Origin: Aliivibrio fischeri ES114
Lineage (GTDB): Bacteria > Pseudomonadota > Gammaproteobacteria > Enterobacterales > Vibrionaceae
Strand: one strand, 5' to 3'
Assembly: GCF_000011805.1 (NCBI RefSeq)
Contig: NC_006842.1
DNA: 32,000 nucleotides
The position numbers and the translations under genes were made by a program. Shown here in pieces: positions 1-6,294 of the stretch (the first letter of the stretch is position 1; the number at the start of each line of letters is the position of its first letter). The notes beneath the pieces were generated by a model that did not search any database, had not been told where the DNA came from, and saw only the letters and a program-made list of their open reading frames with translations.

Positions 1-13
1 CCTTACGGACTCG

Positions 14-310
14 CTATTTTTTTTCAACTGAATAAAGCAATTCAACCGCATTCAAATATGAAAATGAGCTTTCTTTTCCTAAGAAAATCTTCTCAAAAGT
101 AAAGCCTTTAACGTATCTCTTTTTACTCAAATCATAAGTTAAATTACTTGGTTTTTCCTTTTTGTATTTAGTCAAAATCGCACTGGCCGTTGCTCTATGA
201 ATATGAAATTGTTTTGTAATAACATGAACATTCAATTCACCATAAAGATCAACATACGCATCAATAAATCTATATATAATAAGTTCTTGCAGCTCTTTTT
301 GTGACAACAT
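14..310 (-). CDS. Small putative DNA-binding protein (HTH-like segment ITKQFHIHRATASAILTKY), function unknown
   Basis: 98-aa ORF from the track. HTH-like pattern recognised by eye only. Repeated motifs lie in its upstream region (334-466). Confidence 0.45.
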   Translation of the reverse strand: MLSQKELQELIIYRFIDAYVDLYGELNVHVITKQFHIHRATASAILTKYKKEKPSNLTYDLSKKRYVKGFTFEKIFLGKESSFSYLNAVELLYSVEKK

Positions 311-333
311 TTTTGATTACCCTCAACGATAAA

Positions 334-466
334 AATATGTAGCTTTTTATTACTCATGAAAAATTAACAGCATAAAAATAATATGTAGTCATTTACTACT
401 TAACAGTATATATCAACACTAAATAAATGAGTAGTAAAAAACGATATAAATGTTAAATATTACATA
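334..466. promoter_or_regulatory. Cluster of repeated motifs upstream of ORF 14..310; candidate operators
   Basis: Direct copies of AATATGTAG at 334-342 and 380-388, each followed by a TTACT-containing T-rich segment. Inverted copies at 425-440 (aaatgagtagtaaaaa) and 459-466 (ttacatat). Confidence 0.3.
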
Positions 467-494
467 TCGCATTTAGCGCGTGATTTGAATTTAT

Positions 495-615
495 CCACAT
501 ATACACATGAGGAGAACTGGAAACCTTCAGGACTATTTCCAGCCGATTGTGGATATGTGGGTAAATTCTGTGAGCCGTTAGGCTCATTGGGGGCGAGACG
601 AAGAATGAGTCTCGC
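495..615. other. Cluster of three consecutive stem-loops, the first nested; candidate ssi, oriT-associated or sRNA structure
   Basis: Outer stem 495-507/548-560 (12 of 13 bp) encloses inner stem 517-523/536-542 (7 bp). Further stems at 571-576/581-586 (6 bp) and 593-599/609-615 (7 bp). All read directly from the sequence. Confidence 0.5.
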
Positions 616-620
616 GCGCA

Positions 621-647
621 AAAAAAAACCAATCCGAAGATTGGTTT
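621..647 (-). terminator. Rho-independent terminator of ardC (also hairpin plus T-run on the + strand)
   Basis: Stem aaccaatc 628-635 / gattggtt 640-647 with loop cgaa. On the - strand it is followed by a run of T (A-run 621-627 on +). It lies 8 nt after the ardC stop. Confidence 0.8.
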
Positions 648-654
648 TTCATCA

Positions 655-1671
655 TTATTTTAATAGCCATTGATGCGCTTTACTTGCTTGGCTTGCTGCT
701 TTAAAAATGAACTTCTTATCTCCATTCAAACGCTCTAACCAACTAACGATATAACTTTCATGCTGAACTTCTCCGACTATCCCTAAATCTGCACAACAAA
801 ACGCCGCCCCCAACTCTGCTATCAACTCTTCAAATGCATAATCTTTTGAACCAAAACTATTTTTTAAATCTCGATCTAAACGACTTTTATGACCAGTAGC
901 GTGAACAAGTTCATGCCATGCCGTTGCATAATAATCAGAAGAAGAATTAAAACGATCAACCATTGGCAACGTAATTTCATCATGTGCAGGAGAGTAAAAA
1001 GCACGAACACCGCAATGATTAATCTTTATCTCTGTATTATGGATCGCCTCTTCTACATAACTCAGTTTAACAAACTCACTTTTTTCTCTGGTTTCTTTTA
1101 CCGTAACCATTGGTTTTTCTATATTTTCCACCTGATCGATATTAAACACAGTAAAAGTTCTTAACATTGGGATAACTTCTTTATTCCCCTCTTCATCTTC
1201 CTTTTCCCAATTTTTATAATAAACAATTGTTGTCCCCTTTTGCCCTTTCATTACATTACCGCCTAATTCATTGGCTTGCTTATAGGTCAACCAATAAGGG
1301 CTAGTAAATCCTTTCTCGACCGTTTCACTCCAAAGCAATAAAATATTTATGCCAGAATAATTCGTTTTTGTTTTAAAATTCATTGGTAACATTGAACATT
1401 CATTGGTTTTATCCCAAGGACAAACCCAAGGCTTCACCCCATTTTCTAATGCTGCTATAACGCGATCTGTAACCATCTGATAAATATCTTTCGATACCTT
1501 AACCACCGCACGTTTTTTACCAAAGCTGCGCTTTTTACCCATTTCATTTTTGTTTGAGCCTGACTGCTCAAACGGGGATACGTTTGTCGCTTCTGTTTCT
1601 TTAGTGATTGTTGAGTTGATAGCAGTTGAATGAGTCATGGCTGTTTTTCCTATGGTTAAGTGAGTTTTCAT
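655..1671 (-). CDS. ardC: ArdC-type antirestriction protein (N-terminal ssDNA-binding ArdC domain plus C-terminal HExxH zincin metalloprotease) with a ~55-60 aa N-terminal extension
   Basis: Motifs KPWVCPW...NYSGINILLLW (ArdC N domain) and WHELVHATGH (HExxH). The start is uncertain: MKTH at 1671, or MTHS 33 nt downstream, which has the better SD. Confidence 0.9.
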   Translation of the reverse strand: MKTHLTIGKTAMTHSTAINSTITKETEATNVSPFEQSGSNKNEMGKKRSFGKKRAVVKVSKDIYQMVTDRVIAALENGVKPWVCPWDKTNECSMLPMNFKTKTNYSGINILLLWSETVEKGFTSPYWLTYKQANELGGNVMKGQKGTTIVYYKNWEKEDEEGNKEVIPMLRTFTVFNIDQVENIEKPMVTVKETREKSEFVKLSYVEEAIHNTEIKINHCGVRAFYSPAHDEITLPMVDRFNSSSDYYATAWHELVHATGHKSRLDRDLKNSFGSKDYAFEELIAELGAAFCCADLGIVGEVQHESYIVSWLERLNGDKKFIFKAASQASKAHQWLLK

Positions 1672-2019
1672 CTTCGTCGTCGCCTGACTGTTCGTTTTCT
1701 TGCCATCGTTCTATTGGACAAGGGCGCGAAGCGTTTATATACCCTTGATCAATAGGTTGTGGTGAGAAACGATTAACAGGAAGTAGCGAGACGATATGAA
1801 AAGTCACCCATAGGAAAAATAATGACTCATGAGAATGCTATCAGCGATTACAAGCACTTAAGAGACAGAAGTGAAAGCTCTTGCTTTTGGCTCTTGCTTT
1901 TGATGTTGCGATAAGGATTGTCTAGCAGGAACGTAGAGGCCGTTTAAGCTTTGCTTAAATACGGCATCACGTTATCGATAGGAGGAGTGAAACGACGAAA
2001 AGCCTGTTAAATCGCCCAA
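1543..2019. repeat. Copy 1 of the ~470-bp direct repeat (structured non-coding element plus shared 5' coding leader)
   Basis: Aligned by eye to 4826-5291. Flanks are near-identical, an ~83-nt core (1691-1772) is diverged, and copy 1 carries a 13-nt internal duplication. Confidence 0.9.
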
Positions 2020-2034
2020 ATTATGATATTTAAG

Positions 2035-2271
2035 CTATTCACGCTCGATGATCACCTTAAGGATCCGATTTAATAGAGTCATAGTATGATAAAAACCACA
2101 AATACTAAGTATTAAAGTAACTCCCAATTTAATTATATGAAACCACATATTTTCAAGAACTTGTTCACTACCACTACTGATCACTGAACATGCGAAAATA
2201 AATCCAAGAAAACAAATAAAAGTATAAACAGCAGCAAGCTTAAAAGAATGAAGCTCTTTAGATATATTCAT
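2035..2271 (-). CDS. Small two-TM membrane protein, unknown function
   Basis: ORF track 2035..2310. The start is moved to MNISK (2271), 2 nt after the stop of the upstream ORF. Two hydrophobic segments. Confidence 0.5.
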   Translation of the reverse strand: MNISKELHSFKLAAVYTFICFLGFIFACSVISSGSEQVLENMWFHIIKLGVTLILSICGFYHTMTLLNRILKVIIERE

Positions 2272-2273
2272 AT

Positions 2274-2729
2274 TTACATGCAGCCATATAGAGCGATACC
2301 TTGATGACAACGTTCAATAGCTTCACCAAGACTTGCAAACATTCCAAGACTACTAGAGCGATCCCACGCGCCACCAGTAAGACACCGCACATCATAACGT
2401 TTTCCCGTTGGCCATGCTTTTAACCAAGCATCCTTTAATTCTTTCTGTCTTTCATAAAACTGACTTTCAGTATCAAGTTTAATTTCGATGTCAATTGAGC
2501 TCATTCGCTTTACATAATCTTGATAAGATTCATCGCTATGCTCGTCAATTTCAATGAATGGTCGGCCATACCAATGCTCCCACTCTAAAGAATCACGGTC
2601 ATTATTTGGTGTAAAATTAAAAGATTCTCTTAGATGAGGATTAATAAAAATATCTTCAACTCTTTCACATGTTTGATTTTCTGGGTAGTGCTCAGGTAAA
2701 TAATCGTCTTTTTGATTTTCCATTTTCAT
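2274..2729 (-). CDS. Hypothetical acidic protein, unknown function
   Basis: ORF track 2274..2759. The MKMENQ start at 2729/2723 is preceded by AAGGAAGGA. No family recognised. Confidence 0.55.
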   Translation of the reverse strand: MKMENQKDDYLPEHYPENQTCERVEDIFINPHLRESFNFTPNNDRDSLEWEHWYGRPFIEIDEHSDESYQDYVKRMSSIDIEIKLDTESQFYERQKELKDAWLKAWPTGKRYDVRCLTGGAWDRSSSLGMFASLGEAIERCHQGIALYGCM

Positions 2730-2742
2730 TCCTTCCTTTTTC

Positions 2743-3072
2743 TCATTTGTTTGTTTCAAACAAACCGCCTATTTTTGGCTCTATACCGCAATCGTGAGAA
2801 GCATACACCACTTCACGATTGGTTAAAGCTTCCCCGCACAATATACAATTTTCATCAGCTTGTTGATCTAAGTGAAACTCTAGATCTACAGCTTCATTTG
2901 TTGATACTTTCCAGTACTCTTCAGAAAAAAAGTTTGCTTCACTATCTACCAAGCCATCTTTGTGAGGATATGCCGCAGCATATTGAATATTACCATCAGT
3001 GCTATTTTCCAAAATAGCATAACAATCAGGATTGTTTTTTAGAGCTTCTTCATACGTTTTATACGTAGACAT
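2743..3072 (-). CDS. Hypothetical protein with a CxxC...C segment, unknown function
   Basis: 109-aa ORF. GGAGA lies 7 nt upstream of the ATG. No family recognised. Confidence 0.55.
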   Translation of the reverse strand: MSTYKTYEEALKNNPDCYAILENSTDGNIQYAAAYPHKDGLVDSEANFFSEEYWKVSTNEAVDLEFHLDQQADENCILCGEALTNREVVYASHDCGIEPKIGGLFETNK

Positions 3073-3074
3073 AA

Positions 3075-3266
3075 TTATTTCTCCGTTTTAGTTTTCGTTA
3101 AAAACGAAAACAAAATAGTTCCGACTAACCAACCATTAAGCCCACTCATAGCCCCATTCTGCCAAGTGTCCCAATGAAAATTCACGGTTACAGCAGTAGA
3201 CAAAATAGCAACAACAAAAAAAACAGGAAGCACTAACAGCCAAGCCTTAAATTTAGAAAAACCCAT
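3075..3266 (-). CDS. Small two-TM membrane protein
   Basis: 63-aa ORF tightly packed between neighbours. Two hydrophobic helices. Confidence 0.45.
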   Translation of the reverse strand: MGFSKFKAWLLVLPVFFVVAILSTAVTVNFHWDTWQNGAMSGLNGWLVGTILFSFLTKTKTEK

Positions 3267-3292
3267 GATGATTGACCCCGTCTTTTTTCTGT

Positions 3293-3694
3293 TTAATTAT
3301 CTTCAACATTCTCAATATCATTGAGATTCAAAAGATCTTTATATTGACTCGAAGCATCAATTAAATCCGTAATAGAGATAACATTTGCGGCTAATAGCAT
3401 TAATTGCCATGCACAATAATTCATTGGTACGTGTTCCTTGCTATCAACATGCGTCTCCCAACGCCTAACCGCTTTACACCCTTTCTTACTATACGTTTTT
3501 CCTAATAACGAGCCTAATCTCGCTTGAGGATAACCAAGTAATTGCCGTAATGCTCTTACCTCTTCTGGTGTTGGTGGTAAATGACCAGGATGTGATAAAG
3601 GCAAAGAGCAAGGACGATTACGAAACGCCTCAACAGTGATGGCCGTAGAACTAGAATATTGCGCGTGTTTTTCACACATAAAATAAAACTCCAT
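3293..3694 (-). CDS. XRE/MqsA-like HTH protein
   Basis: Segment PTPEEVRALRQLLGYPQARLGSLLG...RRWE matches the usual XRE-type HTH pattern by eye. Confidence 0.55.
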   Translation of the reverse strand: MEFYFMCEKHAQYSSSTAITVEAFRNRPCSLPLSHPGHLPPTPEEVRALRQLLGYPQARLGSLLGKTYSKKGCKAVRRWETHVDSKEHVPMNYCAWQLMLLAANVISITDLIDASSQYKDLLNLNDIENVEDN

Positions 3695-3770
3695 TTGTAT
3701 TTATGGGCTGCGAAGCAGCCCAGCATTTTAGCAACGATAACGGCCAATAGATGGCCGTTACGATTAAAGG

Positions 3771-4268
3771 TTAGATCCAACCTCTTTTAGCAAAAGAGAC
3801 CGTTTCACCAACTCCTATCACAAAATGATCAAGCACTTTTACATCAATAAGCTCTAATGCTGATGATAATCGAGCGGTAATGCGTCTATCCGCATCGCTC
3901 GGCTCTGCAACACCTGACGGATGATTATGAGCAAAAATCACGGCTGCTGCGTTATAATGCAGCACAGATTTAAGCACTTCTCTTGGGTAAACCGAAGCAC
4001 TCGAAATTGACCCAACACTATGCTCAACAAATTTAATTAAACGGTGTTGGTTGTCTAACATTAGAATGGCGAAGACTTCACGCTCTTGATGAACAAGACG
4101 ATTAACACATAACTCAGCCGCTAAATCAGGAGACGTTAACGCAGATGTATTTCTGATCTTAACTTCAATAATTGAAGCCGCTTCTGCAAGGATCATTTTT
4201 TCATTTTCAGTAAACATAGATTTTTCTCGTTGTTGAGGTCTTGGATTATTCCCGACCAGTGCACACAT
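3771..4268 (-). CDS. radC: RadC-like JAMM-motif protein (YeeS/YkfG class)
   Basis: [24 protein letters not shown] signature. The alternative start MFTENEK at 4217 is plausible. Confidence 0.9.
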   Translation of the reverse strand: MCALVGNNPRPQQREKSMFTENEKMILAEAASIIEVKIRNTSALTSPDLAAELCVNRLVHQEREVFAILMLDNQHRLIKFVEHSVGSISSASVYPREVLKSVLHYNAAAVIFAHNHPSGVAEPSDADRRITARLSSALELIDVKVLDHFVIGVGETVSFAKRGWI

Positions 4269-4314
4269 TATACCGCCCTTTAAGGGCGGTTAAAAGCTTT
4301 TATTTTATTTATTT

Positions 4315-4572
4315 CTATACAGACCAATAACGCCACATTTTTTCTAATCGTAATTGATTCTGTCTCGATAATGATTGAGCGTTCGCGTTCACTCTTAAAG
4401 CCATTCTCTTATGAACATTAAATGAGGTTAATGTGTTCTCCAATACGGCCATTTTTTCAAAATAAAATGCCTGTTTTGCCCCGTATTGACGAATACAATG
4501 TTCATCTAACGTTGGTCTTATTCTTCGGCCTAATCGTGAATATGCACGATAATTTTTCATGAAACTTTTCAT
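4315..4572 (-). CDS. Small basic hypothetical protein
   Basis: ORF track 4315..4686. The start is moved to MKSFMKNY (4572), 1 nt after the upstream stop, which avoids a 113-nt overlap. Confidence 0.5.
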   Translation of the reverse strand: MKSFMKNYRAYSRLGRRIRPTLDEHCIRQYGAKQAFYFEKMAVLENTLTSFNVHKRMALRVNANAQSLSRQNQLRLEKMWRYWSV

Positions 4573-4573
4573 T

Positions 4574-4954
4574 TTAATCTCTCGCCATATACAGCCAATC
4601 TTCATCATGCCCCAAGTGACAACCACCAATATAAATATTCCAAGAGCAAAAAGTGGCGTATTGAAAACTAATATCCAAAAAATCAATATCCGCTAACGCT
4701 TCGTATGTCCACCCATTTTCAGGAGGAGGCACAACCACAGTAAAATCATCGCCAATACTTTTCAGGATCAGATCATGCTTTCCAAAAACAGATAAAAAAT
4801 CTGGGAAATTTTCGCTCTTTAGACATTCATTTTTGTTTGAGCCTGACTGCTCAAACGGGGATACGTTTGTCGCTTCTGTTTCTTTAGTGATTGTTGAGTT
4901 GATAGCAGTTGAATGAGTCATGGCTGTTTTTCCTATGGTTAAGTGAGTTTTCAT
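4574..4954 (-). CDS. Hypothetical protein carrying the same 43-aa N-terminal leader as ArdC
   Basis: ORF track 4574..5092. The upstream part lies in the structured repeat. The start is placed at MKTHLTIGK (4954) by analogy with the ardC copy. Residues 1-43 are identical to ArdC residues 1-43. Confidence 0.6.
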   Translation of the reverse strand: MKTHLTIGKTAMTHSTAINSTITKETEATNVSPFEQSGSNKNECLKSENFPDFLSVFGKHDLILKSIGDDFTVVVPPPENGWTYEALADIDFLDISFQYATFCSWNIYIGGCHLGHDEDWLYMARD

Positions 4955-5291
4955 CTTCGTCATCGCCTGACTGTCCGCTCTCCTGTCATGGTTCTGCCTT
5001 ACAAGGGCGCAATGCGGCGAAGCGAACCCTTGTAAGGGAGGTTCTGATAGGAGACGGTTAACAGGAAGTAGCGAGGCGATATGAAAAGTCACCCATAGGA
5101 AAAATAATGACTCATGAGAATGCTATCAGCGATTACAAGCACTTAAGAGACAGAAGTGAAAGCTCTTGCTTTTGATGTTGCGATAAGGATTGTCTAGCAG
5201 GAACGTAGAGACCGTTTAAGCTTTGCTTAAATACGGCATCACGTTATCGATAGGAGGAGTGAAACGACGAAAAGCCTGTTAAATCGCCCAA
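4826..5291. repeat. Copy 2 of the ~470-bp direct repeat
   Basis: Aligned by eye to 1543-2019. The diverged core is 4974-5057 and contains an 11-bp perfect stem (4997-5007/5027-5037). Confidence 0.9.
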
Positions 5292-5434
5292 TATAGGCAT
5301 AAATACATCAAACTTTGCTTGCACAGCAATAAATTATTATTTGGATTGGTATTAACTGAAAACTTTAGGTTAGAATACAGACGGGTGCTTTTGGTTATCA
5401 ATCGAAAGCATGACACAAGTTTTGCAGACGGTAG

Positions 5435-5497
5435 ATAAACAAAAACCCCGAAAGTAAATTTTCATTAACTAACGAGGTTTAAGTGATGTACCCAACA
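5435..5497 (-). ncRNA. sok: Sok-like antisense RNA (predicted)
   Basis: - strand promoter: TTGCCT (5532-5527), 17 nt spacer, TAAGAT (5509-5504). Terminator stem 5473-5480/5443-5450 followed by TTTTTGTTT. The RNA is complementary to the mok SD and start region. The ends are estimates. Confidence 0.6.
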
Positions 5498-5536
5498 ATG
5501 CAAATCTTAGCCTCTATTTTGATAAGAGGCAAGTAA
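5486..5536 (+). CDS. mok: mok-like leader ORF, translationally coupled to hok
   Basis: GAGG at 5474-5477. The 16-codon ORF MYPTMQILASILIRGK ends (TAA 5534-5536) 1 nt before the hok ATG. Confidence 0.5.
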   Translation: MYPTMQILASILIRGK

Positions 5537-5537
5537 A

Positions 5538-5687
5538 ATGCTGAAAAAATCGGCGGTAACGAGTTTGGTAGTCATTTGCGTGACTATCGTAATAAGTCTT
5601 TGGTTAGTACGAGATTCATTGTGTGACATATCGTATCAATCAGGGAGCACGATAATAACGGCAACACTTGCTTACGAATCAAGGTAG
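5538..5687 (+). CDS. hok: Hok/Gef-family membrane toxin (49 aa)
   Basis: Own translation: MLKKSAVTSLVVICVTIVISLWLVRDSLCDISYQSGSTIITATLAYESR. It matches the Hok signature (TM helix, then SLCEIRYRDG...AYES). Below the ORF-track size cutoff. Confidence 0.85.
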   Translation: MLKKSAVTSLVVICVTIVISLWLVRDSLCDISYQSGSTIITATLAYESR

Positions 5688-5695
5688 AAGCTGGA

Positions 5696-5719
5696 CGGGT
5701 AGCTGGAAACAGCTACCCG
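5696..5719 (+). other. 3' stem-loop of the hok mRNA
   Basis: Perfect 10-bp stem cgggtagctg/cagctacccg with a GAAA loop. Downstream, agcaccc (5747-5753) is complementary to gggtgct (5383-5389) at the predicted 5' end, giving fbi-like pairing. Confidence 0.6.
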
Positions 5720-5758
5720 ATTTCAGGTTGTGAGGTACAGGCCACTAGCACCCATATT

Positions 5759-6025
5759 TTACTTTTTACTGACTTTTGAAAAGTAAACCTCAATTGAAGT
5801 AAATCCCAACGATTTAACAAAGGCACTTAATATATCTAATCTCCACGTTCTGAGTTCATCAACACGGCCGTGACGTATTGCATAACCAAGTTGATTGGTT
5901 TCATCGATACCAAATAATGAAAACTTATTGCTTTCATGGTTCGATTCTTGAGCTATCATAGAGCTGATAGTTTTAGTCTCAATAAGGCGTTTAAATTCAC
6001 CTTCTTTAATACGCTTAAATTTCAT
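5759..6025 (-). CDS. Hypothetical protein
   Basis: ORF track 5759..6046. The start is moved to MKFKRIKEG (6025), which is preceded by GGTGGA. Confidence 0.5.
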   Translation of the reverse strand: MKFKRIKEGEFKRLIETKTISSMIAQESNHESNKFSLFGIDETNQLGYAIRHGRVDELRTWRLDILSAFVKSLGFTSIEVYFSKVSKK

Positions 6026-6060
6026 ATCATTCCACCAATGAAACATATCCCCATAATGTA

Positions 6061-6085
6061 ATCTACATATTGATGATATGTAGAT
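6061..6085. promoter_or_regulatory. Perfect 10-bp inverted repeat atctacatat-N5-atatgtagat; candidate operator
   Basis: Read directly. It lies between ORF 6085..6282 and ORF 5759..6025. Its core CTACATA/TATGTAG recurs at 11636-11657 and 334-388. Confidence 0.5.
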
Positions 6086-6282
6086 TATCGACGTTCTGCT
6101 TTTGGGATGTATCCATACTTTTTGGCAAATTGCGTTACTTCATTAATAGGACGATATTTTTTAAATTCGTCATCTAAATAAATTGAAAACAATCGAATGT
6201 ACTCCTCATAAGAAGTGGCACTCTGTTTACTAGCAAAATCGGCTATATCTTCAACCTTGCGCATCACAGTTCGAGATAACAT
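6085..6282 (-). CDS. Hypothetical small protein
   Basis: 65-aa ORF. AAGGAG lies 7 nt upstream and overlaps the stop of the upstream gene. Confidence 0.5.
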   Translation of the reverse strand: MLSRTVMRKVEDIADFASKQSATSYEEYIRLFSIYLDDEFKKYRPINEVTQFAKKYGYIPKAERR

Positions 6283-6294
6283 AGATATTCTCCT

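Noticed and set aside
485-673. 62-aa + strand ORF
   Set aside because: It spans the stem-loop cluster and the ardC terminator. It has no SD and its composition is driven by the palindromes.
889-1164. 91-aa + strand ORF, plus 2712..3017(+) and 3556..3780(-)
   Set aside because: They are embedded opposite or out of frame to ardC and to the tightly packed - strand operon. No supporting signals.
1601-1807. 68-aa ORF, and the equivalent N-terminal extension of ORF 4574..5092 (MTFHI..SLLPVNR..)
   Set aside because: Both lie inside the hairpin-rich repeated element. The diverged core changes their sequence completely, so they look like reading-frame accidents.
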